A stretch of DNA of 64,000 bases from an uncultured Actinomycetota bacterium (GCA_963772875.1 CAVYZE010000014.1:263977-327976), one strand, 5' to 3'; counted from the first letter of the stretch, positions 1 to 10,621 are shown. The notes: a model not told the origin generated them from the sequence alone. A program made the numbers and translations.

Positions 1-1463
1 AGCCCGGGATGCTCGGCGGCCAGGGCGCGCTGCGCCAGCGGCTCGACCTCGTCGAAGTGGCCCCGCCGCGCCGCACACAGCGCGGCCGCGCTGGCTGCCC
101 AGGCCACCGCCTGATCGTCGGCCGACGATGACGCCAGCACCCCGTCGGCGATGTCGACGGCGCGACCGACGCTGCCCGCGTTCATCGCGAAGGTGGCGCT
201 CAGCGCGTCCAGGGTGGTCCGCGGGCCGGCGTCGGTGATCCGATTGCGGATGGTCCGCAGGAACGCGGTGGCCCGCTCCGGCTCGCTCAGCATGAAGAAC
301 TGATTCGCCGCTCGCAGCAACGTCCAGGCCATCAGCTCGGGTTCGGACAACGCGGCGGGGTCCACCGCTGCCAGCAGCGCCTCCGCGTCGCGGCCCCGGC
401 CCTGAAACGCCAGGGCATTGGCCAGTGGCAGCCGCCCCGCCACGTCATCGGAGCGCGCGAGTGCCGAGCTGGCCAGTCGTTCGCCGAGGCGCAGGTCGCC
501 GAGCCGCAGCGCCTGCTGCGCGGCGTCGACGACGTCGGCTATCGGTTGTTGGGCATCGCTGTCCAGTGCCAGGGACGCCAACCGCAGCCGGTCGCTGAGG
601 TGATCCGACGGATGCCGCGACAGCAACGTGACAAGCTCGGTGCGCCGTCGCCGGGCGCCGTCGCCGCCAAGCGCCGCAAGCGCTCGTTCGGCGAACAGCG
701 GGTGCGCCGTGTAGACCACCGTGTCGGTCGCGGGTTCGCCGCGTACCCGGGTCTCCGCCGCGCCCCAATCCTGCGCCTGGGCGACCGCGCCCTCGCCGGC
801 GAGGGCGGTCAGATCGGCGAGCGACAGCGGCTCCGCGACGGCGAGGTAATCCAGCACCGACCGCGCCGCCGCCGGCAACTCGGCGAGGAATTCGTCGACC
901 TGCGCCGGGTTGGTTGCCGCGCCGCCCGGCGCTTCGATGTCGATCCGATCCAGCAGGCCGTCGGTCCATAGCGCGCCAATGGCCTCGGGCGCGGGCCCAG
1001 AACCCGGGTCGCGGGCGGTGACGATCATCCGGGCCGTCCCGGCCAGCGCGAGCTGGTACACCAGCGTGGCCGACAGAATGTCCAGGTGATGGGCGTCGTC
1101 GACGATGAGCAGCAGATCGCCCTGCCGATCGGCGGCGGCCAGCGATTCCCGCGCCGCCCGCAACAGCGCGGCCGGTTTCCCGATATCGGCGATCTCCACC
1201 AGGTGGCTGAACGCCCCGAACGGCACCGTGCGCTCGGTCGGGGTGCCGGTCACCCAGCGGACCAGCGTGCTCGGATGCTCGTTGGCGACGTGTTCGGCGG
1301 CCAATCGGGCCAACGTGGATTTGCCGATGCCGTCGGGTCCGAGCACGACGGCCCCGCGCGCAGCCGATGCCGACCGACCGCCGGTGCGCGCCTCGTCGCT
1401 CAGCGCGACGTCCAGCCGCTCCAGGGCGGCCGCGTGCACAGGGACGTTCCATCGAATCGGCAT
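1..1463 (-). CDS. AAA-ATPase domain protein (Rv1204c-like), 3' end runs off the window
   Basis: Not in the ORF track because there is no stop in the window. Manual translation from ATG at 1463 gives MPIRWNVPVHAAALERLDVAL...GAVVLGPDGIGKST (Walker A); frame spot-checked at ~750, ~600 and base 3 (..ALAAEHPG). Divergent from log as in M. tuberculosis. Confidence 0.8.
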   Translation of the reverse strand, partial: MPIRWNVPVHAAALERLDVALSDEARTGGRSASAARGAVVLGPDGIGKSTLARLAAEHVANEHPSTLVRWVTGTPTERTVPFGAFSHLVEIADIGKPAALLRAARESLAAADRQGDLLLIVDDAHHLDILSATLVYQLALAGTARMIVTARDPGSGPAPEAIGALWTDGLLDRIDIEAPGGAATNPAQVDEFLAELPAAARSVLDYLAVAEPLSLADLTALAGEGAVAQAQDWGAAETRVRGEPATDTVVYTAHPLFAERALAALGGDGARRRRTELVTLLSRHPSDHLSDRLRLASLALDSDAQQPIADVVDAAQQALRLGDLRLGERLASSALARSDDVAGRLPLANALAFQGRGRDAEALLAAVDPAALSEPELMAWTLLRAANQFFMLSEPERATAFLRTIRNRITDAGPRTTLDALSATFAMNAGSVGRAVDIADGVLASSSADDQAVAWAASAAALCAARRGHFDEVEPLAQRALAAEHPG

Positions 1464-1560
1464 CGCCGGATTTTATTGCGCGCGAAAGCCCACTGGTTTT
1501 CGCCCAGGGTGATAGCCCCAAACGTGCGCGCCGCGCCGCGCCTGGTCTACGTTTCGGTGT

Positions 1561-2124
1561 ATGCCCCGGGGACCCGTCTCATCGAGCGGATGGGCGGTGT
1601 GTGTGTATTGCGCGTCCGGACCGACGCATCCCGAATTGCTGGAACTGGCCGCCGAACTCGGCGAGGCGATCGCCGAGCGCGGCTGGACCCTGGTGTGGGG
1701 CGGCGGCCGCGTTTCGGCGATGGGTGCCGTGGCGAGCGCGGCCCGCGCCCGCGGTGGCCGGACCGTCGGCGTCATCCCCCGAAAGCTGATGCGCCGCGAG
1801 ATCGCCGACAGCAACGCCGACGAGCTGATCGTCAGCGACAACATGCACGACCGGAAGCAGACGATGGAAGACCGCGCCGACGCGTTCATCGTGCTGCCGG
1901 GCGGGATTGGCACCCTGGACGAGCTGTTCGACGCCTGGACCACGAGCCATCTCGGGATGCACCGCAAACCCATCGTGATGCTGGACCCGTGGGGGCATTA
2001 CGAAGGCCTGTGGGTCTGGCTGTGCGGATTGGTTGACAGCGGCTACATCGCGCAGGCGACGATGGACGTATTGGTGCTGGTCGACAAGGTGGATGCCGCC
2101 GTAAAGGCGTGCGCGCCCACCTGA
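1561..2124 (+). CDS. log: LOG-family cytokinin riboside 5'-monophosphate phosphoribohydrolase (Rv1205-like)
   Basis: VYCAS N-terminus, LVWGGG, ERK-like DRK, and PGGIGTLDE (PGGxGTxxE) LOG motif; 187 aa. Confidence 0.92.
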   Translation: MPRGPVSSSGWAVCVYCASGPTHPELLELAAELGEAIAERGWTLVWGGGRVSAMGAVASAARARGGRTVGVIPRKLMRREIADSNADELIVSDNMHDRKQTMEDRADAFIVLPGGIGTLDELFDAWTTSHLGMHRKPIVMLDPWGHYEGLWVWLCGLVDSGYIAQATMDVLVLVDKVDAAVKACAPT

Positions 2125-2200
2125 GGCGGCCGGCAACCCCACGATCCCTACTAGGCTGGCCGCCGAGCCGGACTTTGCGTAGGGGAATCGAGGGGATGAC

Positions 2201-3985
2201 GTGTTCGATCACGACGGCGGAAAGCGCTCGGCGGTCGGCCTGACCGATATTGCAGCGGCGGCGCCGGGCGTACTGGCGGACATGCCGGTGATCGTGCGCG
2301 GAGTGCTGACCGGGCTGCTGGTCCAGCCGAACTCCAAGAGGTCGATCGGCACGGTGTTCCAGCAGCGGGCCGCCCGCTTCGGTGACCGGGTCTTCCTGAG
2401 GTTCGGCGACCAGGAAATTACCTACCGCGACGCCAACGCGGCCGCCAATCGGTACGCGGCGGTGCTGGCCGCGCGTGGTGTCGGCAGGGGCGACGTCGTC
2501 GCGATCATGCTGCGCAACTCGCCCAGCACGGTGTTGGCGATGCTGGCCACGGTCAAGTGCGGTGCCATCGCCGGCATGCTCAACTACCACCAGCGCGGCG
2601 AGGTGCTCGCGCAGAGCCTGGGCCTGCTGGACGCCAAGGTGTTGATCGCCGAGACCGACCTGGTCAGCGCCGTGGCCGAAAGCGGCGCGGCGGGCGCCAC
2701 GGAGACGCTCACCGTCGAAGACCTGGATCGATACGCCGTGAGCGCCCCGGCGACCAACCCGGCGTCGGCGTCGGCGGTGCAGGCCAGGGACACCGCGTTC
2801 TACATCTTCACCTCGGGCACCACCGGGTACCCCAAGGCCAGCGTGATGACGCACCTGCGGTGGCTGAAGGCGCTGGCCGCGTTCGGGGGGATGGGGTTGC
2901 GGCTGAAGAGCTCCGACACGCTGTACTGCTGCCTGCCGCTGTACCACAACAACGCGCTGACGGTCGCGGTGTCCTCGGTGATCAATTCCGGTGCGACCCT
3001 GGCGCTGGGTGCCTCATTTTCGGCGTCGCGGTTTTGGGACGAAGTGATTGCCAGCCGGGCCACGGCGTTCATCTACATCGGTGAGATCTGCCGGTATCTT
3101 CTCAACCAGCCGCCCAAGCCGACCGACCGAACGCACCGGGTGCGGCTGATCGCCGGCAACGGGCTACGCCCGGAGATCTGGGACGAGTTCACCGAACGGT
3201 TCGGCATCAAGCGGGTGTGTGAGTTCTACGCGTCCAGCGAAGGCAACGGCGCTTTCATCAACATCTTCAATGTGCCCAGGACCACCGGGATTTCGCCGAT
3301 GCCGCTGGCCTACGTGGAGTACGACCCCGACACCGGTGAGCCGTTGCGTTACGAGGACGGACGGGTGCACCGGGTGGCCGCCGGCCAGCCCGGCCTGCTG
3401 TTGAGCCCGGTCAACCGCCTGCAACCCTTCGACGGCTACACCGACCGAGCGTCGAGCGAAAAGAAGTTGGTGCGCAACGTTTTTCGTGAGGGCGACGCTT
3501 GGTTCAACTCGGGCGACGTGATGAGCCCGCAGGGCATGGGTCACGCCGCCTTCGTCGACCGGCTCGGCGACACCTTCCGGTGGAAGGGCGAAAACGTCGC
3601 CACCACGCAAGTCGAAGCCGCGCTGGCGTCGGACCGGTCCGTCGAGGAATGCACGGTCTTCGGCGTCGAGATCCCGCGCACCGGCGGGCGCGCCGGGATG
3701 GCCGCGGTCAAGCTGCGCGAGGGTGCCGGCTTCGACGGCCAGGCGCTGGCCCGCGCGGTCTATCGCCGGTTGCCCACCTACGCACTGCCGCTGTTCGTGC
3801 GGGTGGTGAAGTCCATCGAGCAGACCTCGACGTTCAAGAGCCGCAAGGTGGAACTGCGTGAGCAGGGCTACGGCCCCGACATCGAGGACCCGCTCTACGT
3901 GCTGGCCGGCCGCAAGGAGGGGTATGTGCCGTACTACCCCGACTATCCCGACGAAGTAGCGGACGGCAAGCGACCGCAGGAGTAG
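2201..3985 (+). CDS. fadD6: long-chain acyl-CoA synthetase FadD6
   Basis: AMP-binding motif YIFTSGTTGYPK; FVDRLGDTFRWKGENVAT (FATP/VLACS signature); synteny. Confidence 0.93.
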   Translation: MFDHDGGKRSAVGLTDIAAAAPGVLADMPVIVRGVLTGLLVQPNSKRSIGTVFQQRAARFGDRVFLRFGDQEITYRDANAAANRYAAVLAARGVGRGDVVAIMLRNSPSTVLAMLATVKCGAIAGMLNYHQRGEVLAQSLGLLDAKVLIAETDLVSAVAESGAAGATETLTVEDLDRYAVSAPATNPASASAVQARDTAFYIFTSGTTGYPKASVMTHLRWLKALAAFGGMGLRLKSSDTLYCCLPLYHNNALTVAVSSVINSGATLALGASFSASRFWDEVIASRATAFIYIGEICRYLLNQPPKPTDRTHRVRLIAGNGLRPEIWDEFTERFGIKRVCEFYASSEGNGAFINIFNVPRTTGISPMPLAYVEYDPDTGEPLRYEDGRVHRVAAGQPGLLLSPVNRLQPFDGYTDRASSEKKLVRNVFREGDAWFNSGDVMSPQGMGHAAFVDRLGDTFRWKGENVATTQVEAALASDRSVEECTVFGVEIPRTGGRAGMAAVKLREGAGFDGQALARAVYRRLPTYALPLFVRVVKSIEQTSTFKSRKVELREQGYGPDIEDPLYVLAGRKEGYVPYYPDYPDEVADGKRPQE

Positions 3986-4032
3986 AGATCCCTCGGGCTG
4001 TGCCCTCGCCGGCGACCAGGCAGGATGGGCGT

Positions 4033-4908
4033 GTGCAGTCAACGCTGTGCGGCCGCCCGGTCGCAGGGGATCGCCCGCTGATCATGGCGATCGTCAACCG
4101 CACCCCGGATTCGTTCTACGACCGGGGTGCGACCTTCAGCGACGGGGCCGCCCGGGAGGCCACGCACCGGGCGATCGCCGACGGCGCCGACGTCATCGAC
4201 GTCGGCGGGGTCAAGGCCGGTCCCGGGGACAGCGTCGACGCAGACACCGAGATCGCCCGGCTGGTGCCGTTCATCGAATGGCTGCGTGGGGCGTACCCGG
4301 ACCAGCTGATCAGCGTCGACACCTGGCGCTCGGGGGTGGCCAGGGTGGCCTGCGCCGCGGGAGCGGACCTGATCAACGACACCTGGGGCGGCATCGACCC
4401 CGCCCTGCCCGAGGTGGCCGCGGAGTTCGGCGCCGGCCTGGTGTGCTCGCACACCGGCGGTGCGCTGCCACGCACCCGTCCGTTCCGGGTGTCATACGGG
4501 ACGACGACCCGCGGTGTGGTCGACGACGTGATCCGCCAGGTCACCGGGGCCGCCGAGCGGGCGGTGTCGGCCGGGGTGGCCCGTGACCGGGTGCTGATCG
4601 ACCCGGCCCACGATTTCGGCAAGAACACCTTCCACGGGCTGGCGCTGTTGCGCCACACGGACGATCTTGTTAAGACCGGGTGGCCCGTGCTGATGGCTTT
4701 AAGCAACAAGGACTTCGTCGGGGAGACTCTGGGTGTGGAACTGACCGAACGGCTCGAGGGAACACTGGCGGCCACCGCGCTGGCGGCGGCCGCAGGGGCG
4801 CGGATGTTTCGGGTGCACCAGGTCGCGGCCACCCGCCGGGTGCTGGAGATGGTCGCCTCGATACGCGGAACGCGCCCGCCGACGCGCACGGTGAGGGGCC
4901 TCGCATGA
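4033..4908 (+). CDS. folP2: dihydropteroate synthase-like protein FolP2
   Basis: IMAIVNRTPDSFYD, DVGGVKAGPG, SVDTW, ALSNKDF, RVH motifs. Start placed at GTG 4033 (ORF track extends to 4000). Confidence 0.92.
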   Translation: MQSTLCGRPVAGDRPLIMAIVNRTPDSFYDRGATFSDGAAREATHRAIADGADVIDVGGVKAGPGDSVDADTEIARLVPFIEWLRGAYPDQLISVDTWRSGVARVACAAGADLINDTWGGIDPALPEVAAEFGAGLVCSHTGGALPRTRPFRVSYGTTTRGVVDDVIRQVTGAAERAVSAGVARDRVLIDPAHDFGKNTFHGLALLRHTDDLVKTGWPVLMALSNKDFVGETLGVELTERLEGTLAATALAAAAGARMFRVHQVAATRRVLEMVASIRGTRPPTRTVRGLA

Positions 4909-5900
4909 CCACATCGGACCTGGTTGCCGGCGCCCTCGCCAACGACGGGATCCCCGCCGCTCGTCCGGGAGACATCTGGCTGTCCGACCGCAGCTGGCGG
5001 CCCGGCCGGACCATCGACGAGCTGGAAGCCGCCAAGGCAGGGCGGACCGTCTCCGTGGTGCTGCCGGCCCTCAACGAGGAAGACACCGTCGAGTCGGTGG
5101 TCGACAGCATCTCACCGCTCGTCGATGGGCTGGTCGACGAGCTGATCGTGCTGGACTCCGGCTCAACCGACGAGACCGAGATCCGTGCCATCGCCGCCGG
5201 CGCCCGCGTCGTCAGCCGGGAACAGGCGCTGCCCGAGGTGCCGGCGCGGCCCGGCAAAGGCGAGGCGCTGTGGCGTGCGCTGGCGGCCACCAGCGGCGAC
5301 ATCGTCGTGTTCGTCGACTCCGACCTGATCAACCCGCACCCGATGTTCGTGCCGTGGCTGCTGGCCCCGCTGCTCGCCGGCGACGGCATCCACCTGGTCA
5401 AAAGCTTCTACCGACGGCCTTTAAAGGGCCGCGACACTTCCGATGTGGGTGGTGGCGCGGGTACCACCGGTGGCGGGAGGGTCACCGAGCTGGTGGCTCG
5501 GCCGTTGCTGGCGGCGCTGCGGCCGGAGCTGGGCTGCATCCTGCAACCGCTCGGCGGCGAGTACGCGGCCAGCCGGGAACTACTGACCTCGCTGCCGTTC
5601 GCCCCGGGCTACGGCGTGGAGATCGGCCTGCTGGTGGACACCTTCGACCAGTTGGGTCTGGAGGCGATCGCCCAGGTCAACCTAGGCGTGCGGGCGCACC
5701 GCAATCGGCCGCTAGCCGAGCTGGGCGCGATGAGCCGCCAGGTCATCGCGACCCTGCTCTCGCGCTGTGGAATCCCCGACTCCGGGGTCGGGTTGACCCA
5801 GTTCCTCGCCGATGGGTCCGACGATTACGGCTACACCCAGCACACCTCAACGGTGTCGCTGGTGGACCGGCCGCCGATGAAGCGGCTCAGGCCTTTCTGA
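4905..5900 (+). CDS. gpgS: glucosyl-3-phosphoglycerate synthase
   Basis: VLPALNEE, GKGEALW, DSD (DxD), GGRVTELVARP, QPLGGEYA, HRNRPL motifs; ATG 4905 overlaps the folP2 stop (ATGA). Confidence 0.93.
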   Translation: MTTSDLVAGALANDGIPAARPGDIWLSDRSWRPGRTIDELEAAKAGRTVSVVLPALNEEDTVESVVDSISPLVDGLVDELIVLDSGSTDETEIRAIAAGARVVSREQALPEVPARPGKGEALWRALAATSGDIVVFVDSDLINPHPMFVPWLLAPLLAGDGIHLVKSFYRRPLKGRDTSDVGGGAGTTGGGRVTELVARPLLAALRPELGCILQPLGGEYAASRELLTSLPFAPGYGVEIGLLVDTFDQLGLEAIAQVNLGVRAHRNRPLAELGAMSRQVIATLLSRCGIPDSGVGLTQFLADGSDDYGYTQHTSTVSLVDRPPMKRLRPF

Positions 5901-5920
5901 AGGCCCCACCGGGGCCTTTC
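5901..5920 (+). terminator. candidate intrinsic terminator after gpgS
   Basis: AGGCCCC-ACC-GGGGCCT 7-bp stem followed by TTC directly after the stop codon. Confidence 0.4.
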
Positions 5921-5984
5921 TGGAGGCCCCTTTGCGGCCACGCTGATGGCCGGGGTGTCGGCGCGATAGGGCAATATCGTTCAC

Positions 5985-6362
5985 GTGGCGTTGGTGTTGC
6001 TGTACCTGGTGGTGCTGGTGCTGGTGGCGATCGTGCTGTTCGGCGCGGCCAGCCTGCTGTTCGGCCGTGGTGAGCAGCTGCCGCCCCTACCGCGGGGGAT
6101 GACGGCGACGATACTGCCCGCGTACGGCGTGACCGGCGCCGATGTCGACGCCGTCAAGTTCACCCAGGCGCTGCGCGGATACAAGACCAGCGAGGTGGAC
6201 TGGGTGTTGGAGCGGCTCGCCCGTGAGCTCGAGGCGCTGCGCGGCGAGCTGGCGGCGGTGCACGCCTCCTCGGCCGCCTCCTCAGCCGCCCGAGCCGAAG
6301 CCGAGGGCGAGGGCGATCCGGTGGAACCCGACGACGGCGAGGATCGTCAGGACATGATGTGA
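5985..6362 (+). CDS. DivIVA-domain membrane protein (Rv1209-like)
   Basis: N-terminal TM helix; FTQALRGYKTSEVDWVL DivIVA-domain motif. Confidence 0.85.
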   Translation: MALVLLYLVVLVLVAIVLFGAASLLFGRGEQLPPLPRGMTATILPAYGVTGADVDAVKFTQALRGYKTSEVDWVLERLARELEALRGELAAVHASSAASSAARAEAEGEGDPVEPDDGEDRQDMM

Positions 6363-6940
6363 GCGACGACGGGTTGGTTCGGTGCGGCTGGGCGTCGGGC
6401 CGGCCGGGACCGGACTTCGAGCTGTACCGCGACTACCACGACCGGGAGTGGGGACGCCCGCTGCATGGCGGGGTGGCGTTGTTCGAGCGAATGAGCCTGG
6501 AGGCCTTCCAGAGCGGCCTATCGTGGCTGATCATCTTGCGCAAACGGGAGAATTTCCGGCGCGCCTTCGCCGACTTCGAGATCGACAAGGTCGCCGGCTA
6601 CGCCGACGCCGATGTGCAGCGGCTGATGGCGGATGCCGGAATCGTCCGCAACCGGGCCAAGATCGACGCGACGATTGCCAACGCCCGCGCCGCCGCAGAA
6701 CTGGGCACTCCGGAGGACCTTTCCGAGCTGCTCTGGTCGTTCGCGCCGCCGCCGCGCCCCCGGCCGGCCGACGGAGCCGAAATACCGTCGGCCACTGACG
6801 AATCCAAGGCCATGGCGCGCGAACTGAAACGGCGCGGATTCCGCTTCGTCGGGCCGACCACCGCCTATGCATTGATGCAGGCGACCGGGATGGTCGACGA
6901 CCACATACGCGCGTGCTGGGTGCCTTCAACAGACCGCTGA
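6359..6940 (+). CDS. tagA: DNA-3-methyladenine glycosylase I
   Basis: RCGW, YHDREWG, LEAFQSGLSWLIIL, IVRNRAKI, FRFVGPTT, GMVDDH motifs. Confidence 0.95.
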   Translation: MSDDGLVRCGWASGRPGPDFELYRDYHDREWGRPLHGGVALFERMSLEAFQSGLSWLIILRKRENFRRAFADFEIDKVAGYADADVQRLMADAGIVRNRAKIDATIANARAAAELGTPEDLSELLWSFAPPPRPRPADGAEIPSATDESKAMARELKRRGFRFVGPTTAYALMQATGMVDDHIRACWVPSTDR

Positions 6941-6961
6941 CAGATCGATGACAGACCGATA
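6929..6961. repeat. three 11-bp tandem direct repeats (ACAGAYCGMTR)
   Basis: acagaccgctg / acagatcgatg / acagaccgata read directly, spanning the tagA stop. Confidence 0.7.
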
Positions 6962-7129
6962 AGGCCGGAGAACCGGGTCTTTGTGCAATTGGTGACCTGC
7001 ATAAGGAACAATGGGGGGGTGGTTTGGCAGTTCGATGTCGGGTATGGCTGGAAAACTACTGGCGGGGCGTGCTCGGCGCCGACCAGGTCCGCGAGGGCGG
7101 GCCAGCGCGAATTTGGAAGGGAGCACTCG

Positions 7130-7297
7130 ATGGCGGCGATGAAGCCCCGGACCGGAGACGGTCCTCTGGAAGCAACCAAGGAGGGGCGCGGCATCGTGAT
7201 GCGGGTACCACTTGAGGGAGGCGGCCGGTTGGTCGTCGAGCTGACGCCCGACGAAGCCGCCGCACTCGGTGATGAGCTCAAGGGCGTTACCAGCTAG
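7130..7297 (+). CDS. DUF3117-family small protein (Rv1211-like)
   Basis: MAAMKPRTGDGPLEATKEGRGIVMRVPLEGGGRLVVEL is the conserved actinobacterial DUF3117 sequence; GGGAG RBS upstream of ATG 7130. Confidence 0.9.
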   Translation: MAAMKPRTGDGPLEATKEGRGIVMRVPLEGGGRLVVELTPDEAAALGDELKGVTS

Positions 7298-7337
7298 GAC
7301 CCAGCCCGGTCCGCCGACTGGCCGGGGCCCCAAAAGG

Positions 7338-8501
7338 CTACGCACACACCTTCCGATAGATGTCCAGCGTCTGCTCGGCGACGTTGGCCCAGGAGAATTC
7401 CTCGATGCAGCGCTGGCGTCCCGCCTTCCCATAGCGCTCCGCTTTTTCGGGGTCGGCTATTAACTCATTGACCGCTTCGGCCAACCCGGCCTGGTAACCG
7501 CGCGGGTCTTCGGCGTCGTAGTGCACCAGCGACCCCGTGACCCCGTCGGCGACCACCTCGGGTATCCCACCGACGGCGGACGCCACCACCGCGGTCGCGC
7601 AGGCCATCGCCTCCAGGTTCACGATGCCCAACGGCTCATACACCGATGAGCACACGAAAACCGTTGCCGCCGAGAGTATTTCACGTAGTTCGCCGATAGG
7701 AAGCATTTCCCGGATCCAGTACACCCCACTGCGATTTCGGGCCAGCGCGGCCACCGCGGCCCGGACCTCCTCGCCTATCTCCGGGGTGTCGGGAGCGCCG
7801 GCGCACAGCACCAACTGCACGTCCGGGCTGAAGTGGTGCGCGGCGGCCACCAAGTGGTCGACACCCTTCTGCCGGGTGATCCTTCCGACGAACGCCACGA
7901 TGGGCCGGCTTGGATCGACCCCGAGCTCGGCCAGCACCGACCCGGTGCTCACCGGCCCAGCCGGATACCACACGTCGGTGTCGACCCCGTTGCGGATGAC
8001 GTGCACCCGGCTCGGATCCAGCGCCGGGTATACCCGCAGCACGTCGTCGCGCATGCCGGCGCTGACGGCGATGACGGCATCGGCCGCCAGCACGGCGGTG
8101 CGCTCCACCCACGTCGACACCCGGTAGCCGCCGCCGAGCTGCTCGGCCTTCCACGGCCGCAGCGGTTCGAGCGAATGCGCGGTCAGCACGTGGGGGACGT
8201 CGTAGAGCAATGCGGCCAGATGCCCAGCCAGGCCGGTGTACCAGGTGTGTGAATGCACGACCGTCGCCGCCGACGCCGCATTGGCCATCACCAGGTCGGC
8301 CGACAGCGTCGAGAGCGCCGCGTTGGCACCGTGGATTCGCGGGTCGGGTTCGTGGGCGATGGCGCCCGGACGGGGTGCGCCCATGCAATGCACGTCGACA
8401 TCGCATAGTCGGCGCAGCTGGGCGACCAGTTCGGTGACGTGTACCCCGGCTCCGCCGTAGACGTCTGGTGGGTACTCCCGAGTCATCATCGCCACCCGCA
8501 T
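7338..8501 (-). CDS. glgA: GT4 glycosyltransferase GlgA/GlgM (alpha-maltose-1-phosphate synthase, Rv1212c-like)
   Basis: MTREYPPDVYGGAGVHV, HSHTWY, FVGRITRQKG, EPLGIVNLEAMA; divergent from glgC. Confidence 0.95.
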   Translation of the reverse strand: MRVAMMTREYPPDVYGGAGVHVTELVAQLRRLCDVDVHCMGAPRPGAIAHEPDPRIHGANAALSTLSADLVMANAASAATVVHSHTWYTGLAGHLAALLYDVPHVLTAHSLEPLRPWKAEQLGGGYRVSTWVERTAVLAADAVIAVSAGMRDDVLRVYPALDPSRVHVIRNGVDTDVWYPAGPVSTGSVLAELGVDPSRPIVAFVGRITRQKGVDHLVAAAHHFSPDVQLVLCAGAPDTPEIGEEVRAAVAALARNRSGVYWIREMLPIGELREILSAATVFVCSSVYEPLGIVNLEAMACATAVVASAVGGIPEVVADGVTGSLVHYDAEDPRGYQAGLAEAVNELIADPEKAERYGKAGRQRCIEEFSWANVAEQTLDIYRKVCA

Positions 8502-8670
8502 ACCCGCACCGTAGTTTGGCGACGGTGCGGCCCGCGAGTCGGGTCGGACCGTCGTTACGGGGCCTGCGTTGGCCGTGCCGAGCCAAATACCTTGACGGAC
8601 AGCCCGTCAACGGCGGCCAAATAGGGTGGTCCCTCTGGCAGCGGCCCACGTCGGCCGATAGGTTTGAGCC

Positions 8671-9885
8671 ATGAGGGAAGCGCCACACGTGCTGGGAATT
8701 GTCCTGGCCGGCGGTGAGGGGAAGCGGCTGTATCCCCTGACGGCGGACCGGGCCAAACCCGCGGTTCCCTTTGGCGGTGCCTATCGGCTGATCGATTTCG
8801 TGTTGTCCAACCTCGTGAATGCGCGCTATCTGAGGATCTGTGTTCTCACGCAATACAAGTCGCATTCACTGGACCGCCACATTTCGCAGAACTGGCGGTT
8901 GTCCGGTTTGGCCGGCGAGTACATCACCCCGGTCCCGGCGCAGCAGCGCCTCGGCCCGCGCTGGTACACCGGCTCCGCCGACGCGATCTATCAATCGCTC
9001 AACCTGATCTACGACGAAGATCCGGACTACATAGTGGTTTTCGGCGCGGATCACGTCTACCGGATGGACCCCGAGCAGATGGTCCGGTTCCATGTCGACA
9101 GCGGGGCCGGCGCAACCGTTGCCGGCATTCGGGTTCCGCGCAGCGAGGCCACCGCGTTCGGGTGCATCGATGCCGCCGAATCCGGTCGTATCCGCGGTTT
9201 CGCGGAGAAGCCACTGGATCCGCCGGGAACGCCCGATGACCCCGAAACGTCGTTCGTCTCGATGGGCAACTACATCTTCACCACCAAGGTGCTCATCGAC
9301 GCGATTCGCGCCGACGCCGATGACGACCACTCGGATCACGACATGGGCGGTGACATCATCCCGCACCTGGTGGACGACGGGATGGCCGCGGTCTACGACT
9401 TTTCCGACAACGAGGTGCCCGGCGCCACCGACCGCGACCGGGCGTACTGGCGCGACGTGGGGACGCTGGACGCGTTCTACGACGCGCACATGGACCTGGT
9501 GTCGGTGCATCCAATTTTCAACCTGTACAACAAGCGCTGGCCGATCCTTGGCGCATCGGAGAACCTGGCGCCGGCGAAGTTTGTCAACGGCGGCTCCGCG
9601 CAGGAGTCGGTGGTGGGAGCGGGCAGCATCATCTCGGCGGCCTCGGTGCGCAACTCGGTGCTGTCGTCGAACGTCGTCGTCGACGACGGCGCGATCGTGG
9701 AGGGCAGCGTGATCATGCCGGGCGCGCGGGTCGGCCGTGGCGCGGTGGTGCGCCACGCGATCCTGGATAAGAACGTCGTCGTCGGCCCGGGCGAGATGGT
9801 CGGGGTGGATCTGGAAAGGGATCGGGAGCGCTTCGCGATCAGCGCCGGCGGCGTTGTCGCGGTGGGCAAAGGCGTCTGGATCTAG
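8671..9885 (+). CDS. glgC: glucose-1-phosphate adenylyltransferase
   Basis: [46 protein letters not shown] motifs. Confidence 0.97.
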   Translation: MREAPHVLGIVLAGGEGKRLYPLTADRAKPAVPFGGAYRLIDFVLSNLVNARYLRICVLTQYKSHSLDRHISQNWRLSGLAGEYITPVPAQQRLGPRWYTGSADAIYQSLNLIYDEDPDYIVVFGADHVYRMDPEQMVRFHVDSGAGATVAGIRVPRSEATAFGCIDAAESGRIRGFAEKPLDPPGTPDDPETSFVSMGNYIFTTKVLIDAIRADADDDHSDHDMGGDIIPHLVDDGMAAVYDFSDNEVPGATDRDRAYWRDVGTLDAFYDAHMDLVSVHPIFNLYNKRWPILGASENLAPAKFVNGGSAQESVVGAGSIISAASVRNSVLSSNVVVDDGAIVEGSVIMPGARVGRGAVVRHAILDKNVVVGPGEMVGVDLERDRERFAISAGGVVAVGKGVWI

Positions 9886-9937
9886 CTCGGCGACCCAGCT
9901 GCCCAAGGGGTTTCGAGCCCGTGGGTCGCGTCGGCCA

Positions 9938-10621
9938 CTACCACATGTAGGGCACCAAGCGATACCGCACTTTCTGCGTGTATTCGCGGTATCCGGCCAA
10001 CTCCTGGGTCAGCAACTTTTCTTCGTCGAGGATGCGGTAGACGAGCACCAGCGTGCCCGGGATGATCAGCAGAAGTCCCCAGTACGAGCCGAGTGCCAGG
10101 GGTATGCCCGCCAGCATGATCACGTTTCCGACGTACATCGGATGCCGCACGAACCGATAGACACCGCTGGCCACGACCGGCTGTCCCTCCTCTACCCGGA
10201 CGCTGGAAGCCGCATAACTGTTCTGGATGACCACGAGCAGGGTGATCGCGATTCCGATCGCGACCAGGACATCGCCGACCACGCAGACTGCCGCCGGCAC
10301 TTGCGACCAGCCCAAGCGATGGTCCAGCGCGCTGAACACCATCGCCGCGAAGACTGACAGCCATAGGCCCATGATGATGATCTTTTGAGCTGTTCTGCTT
10401 TCCGCGATGGGTCCCGAACTCACCCGCCGCTGCAGAGCCGCGGGGTTTGTCAGAGCCCAGTAGACGATGGAGATGGTGTGCGAGGCGGCGAGTACTCCGA
10501 TAAAAACCCATGCCTGTCAATAATTGATCGTGCCCGCCAGCACGAACAGTAGGACCAACAGCAAGCCGGACAGTACAAGTCCGAAAAGTGCAGACACCAC
10601 CGTTCGAAAATCGGTTTTCAT
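9938..10621 (-). pseudogene. isoprenylcysteine-carboxyl-methyltransferase-like membrane protein (Rv1216c-like) with premature TGA
   Basis: From ATG 10621: MKTDFRTVVSALFGLVLSGLLLVLLFVLAGTINY*QAWVFIG...; in-frame TGA at 10517-10519 where homologues read YWQAW. The downstream part (VRHPMY, DEEKLL, YRLVPYMW) is intact. Confidence 0.8.

Noticed and set aside
445-1521. 358-aa minus-strand ORF as the Rv1204c-like gene
   Set aside because: Wrong frame; the real frame starts at 1463 and runs off the window without a stop.
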